Below, piece by piece: positions 43,841 through 54,766 of a DNA stretch of 64,000 bases; within the stretch, counting starts at the first letter, position 1; every line of letters starts with the position of its first letter. This DNA comes from Leidyana gryllorum EB-2025a. Its lineage: Eukaryota > Protista > Apicomplexa. The notes under the pieces are model-generated. The model was given only the letters and a program-made list of their open reading frames with translations. It made no database searches and was not told the DNA's origin. The DNA lies in assembly GCA_048772705.1 (NCBI GenBank), contig JBLWGC010000081.1, forward strand, positions 15,566 to 79,565, read 5' to 3'. Made by a program: the position numbers and the translations under genes.

Positions 43841-43921
43841 GCGAGAATGTCCGAGAGGTTAAGGGGGTGGCCTTAAGATCCACTGGTCAATTCCGCCTGG
43901 GTTCGAACCCCACTTCTCGCA
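43841..43921 (+). tRNA. trnL: tRNA-Leu(TAA), only copy seen, some mismatches
   Basis: GCGAGAA/TTCTCGC acceptor, loop CTTAAGA, long variable arm. Confidence 0.7.
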
Positions 43922-44697
43922 TAAGGAGGCAAGTGTCGGGGGAGGGGAATGGAACGGTCCACTACCTGCCGCACCCGCCGCAGTCAGATGCTGTACCAAG
44001 TGAGCGAACGCCTGTCGTGTGACCCTTTGACATCGAGGTTTGCTCCCGAACCGCACCTTTTGAGTGAGCACCAAACGAAGTCTAAAGCGGAACGAGCTGT
44101 GCTGTAAGACGGGCAGTCGAACCCAGGTCTTCCGCGTGACGCGCGAAAATACTAAGGGCTCCGGTCGACCTGCCCAATGACTTGCATGACTCCACCCTGA
44201 GGCAAATAGAGTGTAACTTAGTTCAGAGTTTCCTTGTCATCCTAGCTCAGTCGGTGGAGCGCGAGCCTCTTAATCTTGCAGTCGCAGAGTGAAGTCCCGT
44301 GGGCGGTGCGGACGAGTGGGCCGGGGAGTAAGAATGCAGTATGTTGCCTACAAGCACACCCATCTGCATTTGCGCTGCCGAGACTCGAACCGGGATGGTG
44401 CGGGTTGGCGCCACATATACTAGCCACCGAGACCATAGTGGACACGTCACCAAAGTTGCACTGACGAATGGGGGCAGAAAAGGCCTGAGAATTTTGCAAC
44501 CCCCTCAGGTCGTTATCGAGACCGAGAGACCAGCCCGAAAAGCTTAAGCTTGTGAGCAAAACCTTCTGCCGGAATCGAACCGGCGACCTTTCGCTTAAGC
44601 GAATGCTCTGCCCCTAAGCTAAGAAGGCAATGCAAGCCGGGAATCACGCATCAGTCCCTATTGACACAAGAGCACTTTGATCGAGTACTCTAATGAC

Positions 44698-44770
44698 TTC
44701 CACTGCCGGGACTTGAATCCGGATCGTGCGGGTAAAAGCCGCATATCCTAGCCACTTAGACTACAGTGGA
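44698..44770 (-). pseudogene. tRNA-Glu body with TTT anticodon
   Basis: Loop CTTTTAC; G53>A. Confidence 0.68.
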
Positions 44771-44987
44771 CGAGTCACAACAGTTCCACTGACGAATGAG
44801 GCCCAGAGAACTGTGAGTCGGTCTCAGATTGGAAGTTCACCTAGGTTTGGCGGGTGGGCGCCTATCTCAAGTGGTAGAGCGGTGACTTGGCAGGCGAGAG
44901 GTCAGTTTAGACACCTATCAATGCCGCAGGACAGGCTGAACATGGGGGCATTTGGTCACTCCTCGCGGCATGTCGAATTCGACAGTT

Positions 44988-45069
44988 GGCAACTTGCCCG
45001 AGTGGTTAAGGGGGTAGACTTGAAATCTACTGGGCCCGGCCCGCGCTGGTTCAAATCCAGCAGTTGTCG
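44988..45069 (+). tRNA. trnS: tRNA-Ser(TGA)
   Basis: Intact. Confidence 0.92.
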
Positions 45070-45721
45070 TGCGATCTGATTGGAGGGGCAGACAACAACT
45101 CACTCGTGAAACCCCAGAATGGTGCCTCAATCAGCCATCTGCCATCTTCTCTGCGTCTGCCGGGAATCGAACCTGGGTCGTCTCGGTGGCAACGACACAG
45201 TCTACCACTAAACCACAGATGCGTGACATCTCCATTCCTGAATACAAACCGAAGGGTCTTAAAACTAGTCCAGGCTGTCCAACTTAGGCCGATACATAAA
45301 AACCAGGCTCATCGGATACGTGGTTCCAGAGACACACGCACCTTTCGCAGTCCGGAAGCTCCGTGCAGCCATCTAGTGGTCACGACGTCTGTTTAACACG
45401 CAGAAGGTCCCGAGTTCCATCCTCGGTGGCTGTAACACGCATCGTTCAGGTGAGCATCACGAAATCTAGAGCGGAAGACGATCTATCTCCGACACCGGGA
45501 ATCGAACCCGGGTATTCCGCGTGACAGGCGGAAATACTCACCACTATACTATCTCGGACGCTAGTAAAGATGCCGGCCTCCAAACCCCAGAAGTCCTCGC
45601 ATTTTGAGATTTCACGGACAGGAAACGGGTAACACTTCGGCAAAATGGCCGAGTGCTGTGTGCAAGCCGCCGTCCGAAAATGCGTGCGGATGATCGCAAC
45701 CATGTTTAGGCTAATGACTGA

Positions 45722-45793
45722 AGCCTCCCGCCGGAATCGAACCAGCGACCTTTCGCTTAGAAAGCGAATGCTCTGCCCCTAAGCTAAGGAGGC
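45722..45793 (-). pseudogene. tRNA-Thr(TGT)-type body with TCT anticodon
   Basis: Loop TTTCTAA. Confidence 0.65.
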
Positions 45794-45857
45794 ATTCCCT
45801 GTCTCGACCCATATGAGTTTTTGATGCTGGGAATTGCATCATTTCCACCACATCGCA

Positions 45858-45939
45858 CGACAACTGCTGGATTTGAACCAGCGCGGGCCAGGCCCAGTAG
45901 ATTTCGAGTCTACCCCCTTAACCACTCGGGCAAGTTGCC
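45858..45939 (-). tRNA. trnS: tRNA-Ser(CGA)
   Basis: Intact. Confidence 0.93.
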
Positions 45940-46048
45940 ACCTGTCGAACTCGGCATTTTGCGGCCAGTGATGTCACATACGGTTCAGCAAGCTTGACCA
46001 GGACCCCAAACCGTTGTGAAAAAGTGCCAGCGAGTAAGACATGTCGTC

Positions 46049-46130
46049 GGCAAGGTGGCCGAGTGGTTAAGCCGGCGGCCTGCTAAGCCGTTGGGTTCTA
46101 CCCGCGTGAGTTCGAATCTCACCCTTGTCG
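46049..46130 (+). tRNA. trnS: tRNA-Ser(GCT)
   Basis: One D-stem mismatch. Confidence 0.85.
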
Positions 46131-46421
46131 GTAGCATTCGGGGAGAGCGCATCTGCTTCAATGATTGAACTGAGGATTTTGGCCGACTCGAATCCAACGC
46201 TTTACGCTGGGGTCTGTATACAAGACCCGTGTTGCATGTGTCCAGTTGAGGAAGCGCTAGTCCGACTCTTCTGGGATGGGCTGAACCGGTTGCGTCCTTG
46301 GTGGTTAGCACTCGACACTTTGGATTTTCCGACCTGGGTTCGATATCGGCGCGACCCTTGAACTGGTCCTCACTACTCCCTGAAGCTTCGCCACTTCTCT
46401 TGGGCTGCGGGGACCATCCAT

Positions 46422-46494
46422 GCAGCCATGGTCTAGTGGTTACGACGTCTGCTTAACACGCAGAAGGTCCCGAGTTCGATCCTCGGTGGCTGTA
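46422..46494 (+). tRNA. trnV: tRNA-Val(AAC)
   Basis: Intact. Confidence 0.93.
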
Positions 46495-46549
46495 GCTCGC
46501 AACTTTCAGCGGGCACCAAAAAAGACAATCTTAAGCGAGATCAACTGTG

Positions 46550-46621
46550 CTCCGAGACCGGGAATCGAACCCGGGTCTTCCGCGTGACAGGCGGAAATAC
46601 TAACCACTATACTATCTCGGA
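46550..46621 (-). tRNA. trnD: tRNA-Asp(GTC)
   Basis: Intact. Confidence 0.94.
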
Positions 46622-46701
46622 CGCTCTGAACACGCCACGGACATTCCATTCGTTCAGAAAACGGCCGTTACCGTGTACGAGCTTCAACAACAAGGTGTCA
46701 C

Positions 46702-46772
46702 GCATCTGTGGTCTAGTGGTAGAATGTCTCGTTGCCATTGAGACGACCCGGGTTCGATTCCCGGCAGATGCA
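46702..46772 (+). tRNA. trnG: tRNA-Gly(GCC)
   Basis: Near-intact. Confidence 0.9.
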
Positions 46773-46999
46773 GATGACACATGGTTGCTTTTCCACCATT
46801 CAGAAATTCAAGCGTGAGTTGGTGTTTTACCCTCCAACCACATCGCACGACAACTGCTGGATCTGTCCAGGCCCAGTAGAATTCAAATCTACCCCCCTTC
46901 CCCACTCGGGCAAGTTGGCAACTGTCGATTCCGGCGTGAGGCGAGGAGTGGCCCGCCGCGGTAAGTGCTTATTTTCACCGCCTTCCATGACTACCTACT

Positions 47000-47072
47000 G
47001 CCTCGGTAGCTCAGTTGGGAGAGCGCCAGACTGAAGATCTGGAAGTCGCGGGTTCGAGCCCCGCGGGCGGCA
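47000..47072 (+). pseudogene. Chimeric tRNA: Phe(GAA) 5' two-thirds with Lys T-arm and 3' end
   Basis: Switch at AGTC; acceptor strands do not pair. Confidence 0.8.
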
Positions 47073-47129
47073 ACGAAGCTCTGAACTGAGTTACACCCTA
47101 TTTGCCGTTGGGTGGAGCCCTGGATCCGT

Positions 47130-47217
47130 TCCGGTGGGACGGAATCGAACCGCCGACTATCTGACTATCTGATGCCAGCACTACAGTCAGATGCTCTACC
47201 AACTGAGCTACCCCCGG
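47130..47217 (-). pseudogene. trnY: tRNA-Tyr(GTA) with internal 8-nt duplication
   Basis: GACTATCT repeated. Confidence 0.75.
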
Positions 47218-47399
47218 TCGTCCAACTGCTGCGAGATTCGAAGGCTCAACCTCAAACCCTCAACAGTGTCAGAAGTACGGCACGGATTTCGGGGTGGTCC
47301 AAGGTGCCACACTCGAGTTCCGGTAAGATTGCACGAGCTGGGTACCACTGATTTCCAAGACGGTACGGCTCTCGGCCGAGGCCTCAACTCAAGCACTTG

Positions 47400-47472
47400 T
47401 CCACTGTAGTCTATGTGGGTAGGATATGCGGCTCTCACCCGCACGATCCGGGTTCAAGTCCCGGCAGTGGAA
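47400..47472 (+). tRNA. trnE: tRNA-Glu(CTC)
   Basis: D-loop variants. Confidence 0.85.
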
Positions 47473-47532
47473 ATCCAGCAGAGTGTGCTTGTAGGCAACG
47501 GTTCCACTCCTACTCCCAGAGACATTGATTTG

Positions 47533-47605
47533 CACCGCCCGCGGGGCTCGAACCCGCGACTGGAAGATTAAAAGTCTTGCGCTCTACCGACTGAGCTAGG
47601 GCGGC
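47533..47605 (-). tRNA. trnK: tRNA-Lys(TTT)
   Basis: Loop CTTTTAA; one stem mismatch. Confidence 0.83.
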
Positions 47606-47733
47606 AAGGAAACTCTAAACTTAGTTACACCCTATTTGCCGGTGGGTGGAGCAGTGGAAGTATTAAGTGGTGGAATAATGTGCTTCAGTAACTTCCGTCA
47701 ATAGGGACTCATTCGTGATGTCCAGTTGACATT

Positions 47734-47805
47734 GCCTTCTTAGCTTAGGGGCAGAGCATTCGCTTAGTAAGCGAAAGGTCGCCGGTTCGATTCCGGCAGA
47801 CGGCT
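47734..47805 (+). tRNA. trnT: tRNA-Thr(AGT)
   Basis: One acceptor mismatch. Confidence 0.85.
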
Positions 47806-48003
47806 TGACTGCATCGACAGGGCACCTGCAAAGCTTAAGTCTCTCAAGCTCCAATCATCTTAGCTGAGCCTCGTAGCTCAGCCACCAGATGGTAAGTCTC
47901 TTAGCCACAAAGTCGCAGACTGGAACCTGCCAGTACCTGAGGCACCCACTAGCTCAACGCAGACTGCGGCCGAGTCTCGGGGTGCTGAAGCTCTTTCTCG
48001 AGT

Positions 48004-48074
48004 GCACTTGTGGTCCAAGGGTAGGATGCGAGCTTCCCACGGTCGAAGGCCGGATTCGAGTCCCGGCATGTGCA
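48004..48074 (+). pseudogene. trnG: tRNA-Gly(CCC), degenerate
   Basis: Loop TTCCCAC; sister copy at 59587-59657. Confidence 0.62.
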
Positions 48075-48153
48075 GCCGATCGTACAGACTTGACCATGGC
48101 TGCAACGATATTTTCAACATTCCGGGGCGAAGAGCAATGCACTTTAGACTGCC

Positions 48154-48225
48154 TGTCCGAGCCAGGAATCGAGCCTGGGTTTGCACGGCCACAACGTGCT
48201 GTCCTAACCACTAGACGACTCGGAC
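48154..48225 (-). tRNA. trnH: tRNA-His(GTG)
   Basis: Stems intact, C54. Confidence 0.87.
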
Positions 48226-48466
48226 AACCTTTGAGCGAGGCTGTAGAGGTAGCGAAGCATCGATCAGGATGGAATGAAGTTCACTCCTCAACTCCCGGCG
48301 GACGGAATTTGCTCGTCGAATATTTGATGCCATCACCACAATCACATGCGTTGCCATCTAAGCAACTCGGGCCGTAAGAGTACTCCGGGGCGGTACACTG
48401 CACCCAGAACGACATCGACGCCGCAACGGAAGCCATTAACACTCTGGGACTCAGAAAGAAAGTAAC

Positions 48467-48550
48467 GCACAGATGCCCGAGTGGTCTAAGGGGCCAGATT
48501 CAAGTTCTGGTAGGCGCAAGTCTGCATGGGTTCGAATCCCATTTTGTGCA
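48467..48550 (+). tRNA. trnL: tRNA-Leu(CAA)
   Basis: Near-intact. Confidence 0.88.
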
Positions 48551-48859
48551 ACGGCGATCATCCTCAAGAATAGGCTGGAAAAGCTACGGTAGATTCGAGT
48601 CTCTATCTATATATCCGGTTGCATGCACCCAAGTATTCGGCTATTTGGTCTAGCGGTGGTATCCCTGTCAGGATGGAAAGAGAATTGGATCCGATTCCCA
48701 GAAAAGCTCATTGAGGTGTTGACCTGACATCCCACTCCTTTTCAGGATGGTACGGCTCTCGCCCAAAGCCTGCACCCCCACGGACCAGCCCCAATAAAAT
48801 ACAAGTTCTTCGGTAGAAGATGAAGGATCTATCTACTAACCTCTGAAAGATTGTCATTG

Positions 48860-48932
48860 GGTCTGGTAGCTCAGTCGGCAGAGCGTGTGGCTGTTAACCA
48901 CAAAGTCGCAGGTTCGAAACCTACCAGGACCG
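48860..48932 (+). tRNA. trnN: tRNA-Asn(GTT)
   Basis: Same variant as 19191. Confidence 0.82.
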
Positions 48933-49023
48933 GGTTCTGCGGCACCGTACTCTCTAGACGGCACTTGTGCTTTTGGACCCTTCCAAGGTGGTAAAAATAC
49001 CGGCAGTTGAAAACTACGAAGTT

Positions 49024-49096
49024 TGGACGACCTGGGCATCGATCCCAGTACCTCTCGCATGCTAAGCGAGCGCTCTACCATTTGAGCTAGTCGCCC
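49024..49096 (-). tRNA. trnA: tRNA-Ala(AGC)
   Basis: Intact. Confidence 0.93.
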
Positions 49097-49370
49097 ATTG
49101 TGCAGACCCCATCGCATTTTTTTGTTCTCAACATCGTATGACCACTCTCTCGACTGTATTGAGCGGGTTTCACGACCGACAGGCGGCTAATTGGTCTAGT
49201 GGTATGATTCTTCCTTCGGGTGGAAGAAGGCCTGTGTTCGATTCCCAGAAGAGCCCGTCTGATAGTTGTTGACTAAATGCCACGTCTCTCCAAGGTCGTA
49301 TGATCGCGGATGAAGTCCAGACCAGCTGAGACAAAATCTGAGTTGCAGCAGTTGTGAGGGGCTGGAACTG

Positions 49371-49442
49371 CTCCGAGACCGGGAATCGAACCCGGGTCTT
49401 CCGCGTGACAGGCGGAAATACTAACCACTATACTATCTCGGA
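49371..49442 (-). tRNA. trnD: tRNA-Asp(GTC)
   Basis: Intact. Confidence 0.94.
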
Positions 49443-49939
49443 CGCTCTGAACACGCCGCCCCCAACCCCAAAAGTCCTTCCAATTTGAGATGTCAAGCAA
49501 ACGCGTGGAGCGGCTAGCCAACAACATGCTGGCAAGATGGCCGAGTTGCCCAAGACGCTGTGCTCAGACTGCAGTCCGAAAGGGCGAGGATTGGGGGTTA
49601 AGCCTTTCGAACCCCGGAGCAGTTGGACAGCCGGGGAAAGCTCAGTTGGTAGAGCATCTGACTGTAGTGCTGGCATCAGATAGTCGGCGGTTCGGTTCCG
49701 TCCCACCGGATGGTTTTGGCAGACAGCCGTTGATAGGCCAACTAGACTACTCCGGCGAGGGTTCCATCTATGTAGTTCGGATGGGCTGGGAATCAATCCC
49801 AGAACCTTTCGTATACTAAGCCACCGTTTCATCATCTGGGCTAGCCTCCCACTGTGCCTACCTCATGGCATTGAGTGATACTTCACATAGTGAGACGAGT
49901 CTCTCGACTGTACCCAGCGGGTTGAACCACCGGCTAGGC

Positions 49940-50011
49940 GGCTGTTTGGTCTAGTGGTATGATCCTTCCTTAGGGTGGAAGGAGTCCTGGGTTCGATTCC
50001 CAGAACAGCCC
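49940..50011 (+). tRNA. trnP: tRNA-Pro(AGG)
   Basis: Intact. Confidence 0.92.
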
Positions 50012-50112
50012 GTCTGATAGTTGTTGACGCAACACGGCACTCGACCCATCCCGGACAGCTAAGACAGGATCTGAGTTGTTGACTCAACAGGCTGCAACCC
50101 GGCCAATCGTCC

Positions 50113-50185
50113 AGACGCTACTGGGACTCGAACCCAGAATCCCCGGTTCCGTAGACCGATGCCATATCCATTAGGCCATAGCGCC
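50113..50185 (-). tRNA. trnR: tRNA-Arg(ACG)
   Basis: Intact. Confidence 0.92.
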
Positions 50186-50966
50186 GACTACCGGAGCCGT
50201 CAAATGGGCGTGTGTAGCGATCAAGACAGGACATGGGCAGCTACGCCCGATGGTGGGTGTGGACAGACTTCACCCACATCTCCCATTCGAGACATCGGGG
50301 ACATACTATCCAAGCCGGGATTCGGGCCTGGGTATGCACGGCCACAACTTGCTGTTGTAAGCACCTAGACGACCCGGACAATCTTCAAGTGAGGCTGGTA
50401 TGTCGGCGTGACCAAGTGAGTGGATCTCTGATACAAATTCGGACTTAGTAACCAATTCCATTTGTATTGATCGTGGAATCCTGTGCCTTCCTCGGGTACG
50501 GGGCGAGCTTCCTTGCCGCGCCAGCTCCGTCGGTAGAGCGCAAGACTTTCAATGGAGAGACCGCGGGTTCGGACAGCGCGAGGGGTCCGAGTCAAGCTGC
50601 TGAACCGTATGTGAAGCCACTGCCTGCGGCATGCCGAGTTCTACCGTTGCAACTTGCCCGAGTGGTTAAGGGGGTAGACTCGAAATCTACTGGGCCTGGC
50701 CCGCGCTGGTTCTAATCCAGCAGTTGTCGTGCGATGTGATCGGGCATCAACTCCCTTCGGTCGTGACTCTGTTTTCATATACCGCGGGTGCAGCCGTTAG
50801 AGGCTTGGACGACCTGGGCATCGATCCCAGTATCTCTCGCATGTTGAGCGAGTGCTATGTCATTTGAGCTAGTCGCCCGCTTTGCAGACACCATAGCATT
50901 TAGTGGTTCTTGACATATTATGACCAGTGTCCCGACTCTACCAGCAATTTGCACCACCGACCAGTC

Positions 50967-51038
50967 GGCTGTTTGGTCTAGTGGTATGATTCTTCCTTTG
51001 GGTGGAAGAAGTCCTGGGTTCGATTCCCAGAACAGCCC
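50967..51038 (+). tRNA. trnP: tRNA-Pro(TGG)
   Basis: Intact. Confidence 0.92.
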
Positions 51039-51226
51039 GTCTGTCAGTTGTCGACTCAATACGCCACGTCTCTTCAAGGTTGTCTAAGATATGCTGCTCC
51101 GACAGCTGAGACAAGATTTGAGTTGTATATGCATGGAATCTTCGCCAGATTCATTCCAGTTGGCCCATGAACGATGTCCGCAAAACCCATCAGGTTGAGT
51201 AGTAGTTTGCCGATCACCCCTCTACT

Positions 51227-51306
51227 TCCGGTGGGACGGAATCGAACCGCCGACTATCTGATGCCAGCACTACAGTCAGATGCTCTACCAACTGAGCTAC
51301 CCCCGG
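51227..51306 (-). tRNA. trnY: tRNA-Tyr(GTA) with 7-nt intron
   Basis: Same as 12920. Confidence 0.88.
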
Positions 51307-51480
51307 CCGTCCAACTGCGCCGGGGTTCGGAAGGCTCAATCCCAGATCCTCGCGCACAGCGCCTTCGACAACTCGGCCATCTTGCCGGGATGTTGTCGGC
51401 TCGCCGCTCCACGCGTTTTCTGTGCTTGGAATCTCAAAATCGGAGGACCTTTGGGGTTGGAGGCCGGTGTGTTCAGTGCG

Positions 51481-51552
51481 TCCGAGATAATATAGTGGTT
51501 AGTATTTCCGCCTGTCACGCGGAAGACCCGGGTTCAACTCCCGGTCTCGGAG
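51481..51552 (+). tRNA. trnD: tRNA-Asp(GTC)
   Basis: Minor D/T-arm variants. Confidence 0.82.
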
Positions 51553-51826
51553 CAGTTCCAGCCCCTCACAACTGCTGCAACTCAGATTTTGTCTCAGCTG
51601 GTCTGGACTTCATCCGGGATTATACGAGTGTGAGCCGCGTATGGTAGCCGACCTTGGAGAGACGTGGCATTCAGTCAACAACTATCAGACGGGCTCTTCT
51701 GGGAATCGAACACAGGCCTTCTTCCACCCGAAAGAAGAATCATACCACTAGACCAAACAGCCGCCTGTCGGTCGTGCAAACCGCTGAGGACACTTGAGAT
51801 AGTGACACCAAATGTCACAACGTCTC

Positions 51827-51899
51827 TGCCTCGGCCGTGGATCGAACACGGGACTTCCAGATCTTCAGTCTGGCGCTCTCCCAACTGAGCTACCGAGGC
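51827..51899 (-). tRNA. trnF: tRNA-Phe(GAA)
   Basis: Intact. Confidence 0.94.
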
Positions 51900-52490
51900 G
51901 GTAGGTAGTCACGGCGGGCGATGAAAATAAGCACTTACCGCGGCGGTATGTGGGGCCACTCCTCGCCGCATGGCGAAATCGACAGTAGCCAACTTGCCCG
52001 AGTGGGGAAGGGGGGTAGATTGGAATTCATGCGTAAGTCGGTGTCTGACCCCTCCAATCACATCGCACGACAACTGCTGGATCTGCACCAGCGCGGCCCA
52101 GGCCCAGTTGAATTCTGTGGTGGAAATGATGCTATTCCCAGCATCAAACCCTCATATGGATCGAGACAGGGAGTGCCTTTTTAGCTTAGGGGCAGAGCGT
52201 TCGGGGTCGCCGGTTCGATTTCGGCAGAAGGCTTTGCTCACGACCCAATCAATTCTATAACTGTTTCCCTCCTGCGCACACTTGACAGTGCGTCGTTTCG
52301 ATCGACGAACCTTAGGGTTATGAGCCCAACACTCTTCCACTGAGCTACACTGCTCAGTCTGCAACAAGGAAGAGGGAGCCGAAATGCGATTCTTGAGATG
52401 TTAATGGCCTTGAGTGCCGAAGTGAGCTAACGAGGTGGCTGTGTTGGTTGTGAGGGCAACTTGTCCCGTCGGGTCAACCGACGACCAAGA

Positions 52491-52562
52491 GGGCTGTTCT
52501 GGGAATCGAACCCAGGACTCCTTCCACCCTAAGGAAGGATCATACCACTAGACCAAACAGCC
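52491..52562 (-). tRNA. trnP: tRNA-Pro(AGG)
   Basis: Intact. Confidence 0.92.
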
Positions 52563-52765
52563 AACTGGTCGGTGGTGCAAATTGCTGGTAGAGTCGGGAG
52601 ACTGGTCATAATATGTCAGCGGCTAGCTCAAATGCTATAGCACTCGCTTAAGATGCGAGAGATACTGGGATCAATGCCCATGTCGTCCAAACTTCTAACG
52701 GCTGCACCTGCGGTATTTGAAAACAGAGTCACGACCGAATGGGATGGATGCCTGATCACATAACA

Positions 52766-52847
52766 CGACAACTGCTGCATTCGAACCAGCGCGGGCCAGA
52801 CCCAGTAGATTTCAAGTCTACCCCCTCAACCACTCGGGCAAGTTGCC
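52766..52847 (-). tRNA. trnS: tRNA-Ser(TGA), mismatches
   Basis: Loop CTTGAAA. Confidence 0.72.
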
Positions 52848-53064
52848 AACTGTCGAATTCGACATGCCGCGACGAGTGACCATATACCCCCATGTTCAGC
52901 CTGTCCTGCGGCATTGATAGGTGTCTAAACTGACCTCTCGCGTGCAAAGTCACCGCTCTACCACTTGAGATAGCCGCCCCCCCGCCAAACCTAGTGAATT
53001 ACCCACCTGAGATCGACTCACAGTTTTCTAGCGCCTCATTCGTCAGTGCAACTGTTGTGACTCG

Positions 53065-53137
53065 TCCACTTTAGTCTAAGTGGCTAGGATATGCGGCTTT
53101 CACCCGCACGATCCGGGTTCAAGTCCCGGCAGTGGAA
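53065..53137 (+). tRNA. trnE: tRNA-Glu(TTC)
   Basis: One acceptor mismatch. Confidence 0.85.
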
Positions 53138-53197
53138 ATCCAGCTGAGTGTGCTTGTAGGCAACAGTTTCATTCTTACTCCCAGGGAAACAGATGCA

Positions 53198-53270
53198 CAC
53201 CGCCCGCGGGGCTCGAACCCGCGACTGCAAGATTAAGAGTCTTGCGCTCTACCGACTGAGCTAGGGCGGC
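53198..53270 (-). tRNA. trnK: tRNA-Lys(CTT)
   Basis: Intact. Confidence 0.93.
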
Positions 53271-53538
53271 AGGAATGCAAGGACAAAAAACCCGATAGCC
53301 CGACATCCTAAGTGGCTTTGGTACCCACCAGCCTCACTTGAAGATTGTCCGGGTCGTCTAGGTGCTTACAACAGCAAGTTGTGGCCGTGCATACCCAGCC
53401 CCGAATCCTGGCTTGGATAGTATGTCCCCGATGTCTGAATGGGAGATGTGGGCGAAGTCTGTCCACACCCACCATCGGGCGTAGCTGCCCATGTCCTGTC
53501 TTGATCGCTACACACTCCCATTTGACGGCTCCGCTGGT

Positions 53539-53611
53539 GGCGCTATGGCCTAATGGATATGGCATCGGTCTTCGGAACCGGGAGTTGTGGGTTCGAGTCC
53601 CATCCGCATCA
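53539..53611 (+). pseudogene. trnR: Chimeric tRNA-Arg: ACG-type 5' end with TCG-type anticodon and 3' end
   Basis: GGCGCTA 5' strand vs CCGCATC 3' strand; flanks switch accordingly. Confidence 0.82.
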
Positions 53612-53834
53612 TAGCCTCGCACGCGGAAGACGTTCCGTTTCGACCGAGGCAAGCTTGCTAGCTGTATGGGGGCCACTGCTGCGCATGTCGAGTTGAAGTG
53701 CTCGTGATATAATTTTCCTCCAGTTGGAGAAGTGCTCAATTCGATTCCCGAACAGTCCGTTTTTTAGTAGGGTGCAGACAGCTCGACGCAGAAATCGCCC
53801 GAGTCTCTCGGGGTGCTGCGGCTCTTTCGCGATT

Positions 53835-53905
53835 GCACTTGTGGTCTAAGGGTAAGATGCGACCCTTTCAAGGTCGTAACCCGGGTTCGAGTCCCGGCAG
53901 GAGCA
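53835..53905 (+). pseudogene. tRNA-Gly(TCC)-type body with TTC anticodon
   Basis: Loop CTTTCAA; one acceptor mismatch. Confidence 0.68.
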
Positions 53906-54408
53906 GGCGTATGTAGTTCGAACGACTGTCCATCAGTGAAGTGAGGGGACCGAGTGCCAATACAATTCCGGCTGACAAGAGTCGGATTCGAACCCACGGC
54001 CTTTTGAGCTCCGGCCATAACACAGCACCCTAGACCACTCGCCCATCTTGCCGCCGTGTTCTTGGCTCGCCACATTGCACGTTTGGTGTCCGTGAAGTCT
54101 CGAGAAGGAAGACTTGTGGGGTTGAAGTCCGCTGCGTTGACGAGCGTCCGAGATGAAGTAGTGGTCAGTATTTCCGCCTGTCACGCGGAAGACCCGGATT
54201 CGATGCCCGGTTTCGGAGCACAGTTGATTCCGCTTAAGATTGTTTGTTTTGGTTGTCGCTGAAAGTTGCGAGCTTCAGCCACGAGGATCGAACTCGGGAC
54301 CTTCTGCGTGTTAAGCAGACGTCGTGACCACTACACCATGTCTGCGGCGAAGGTCCCGCAGACCAAGAGAAGTGGTGAGGTTTCACCAAAAAGTAAGGAC
54401 TAGTTTCG

Positions 54409-54480
54409 AGGTTGCGCGGGGAATCGAACCTAGGTCGGGAGATTTAGAGTCTCCAGTGCTAACCACTACACCAAGTAACC
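54409..54480 (-). pseudogene. tRNA-Gln body with CTA anticodon (second copy)
   Basis: Same as 20502 plus one more T-stem lesion. Confidence 0.68.
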
Positions 54481-54766
54481 GATCAGTCCTTCCCAAAAAA
54501 AAAGAGTTTGTAGAGCCGTCCGGACTAGCGCTCCCTCAACTGGACACATGCAACACGCGTCTCTCTACTGACTTTTGAAATATTGTAACTGGCTCTTGTA
54601 TCTTAGTCGGCAGAGTGTGTGATTGTAAAATGCAAACTCGGAAATCCGGGCTCTGAGGCAACCTTCACACATACTGCGGTGCGCAGGTCTGTCCAAGGGC
54701 CGCACAGCACAATTAAAAGCTCTCAACTCGGTAAATAAATAGCGGCAGGTGCAGCCGTACGAAGTT

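Larger units (their letters stand above)
12920..51306. repeat. ~0.8 kb inverted duplication (~12920-13730 vs ~50505-51306)
   Basis: Tyr/Pro-TGG/Ala-psi/Ser-CGA (TTCTAAT T-loop lesion in both)/Lys-psi. Confidence 0.8.
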
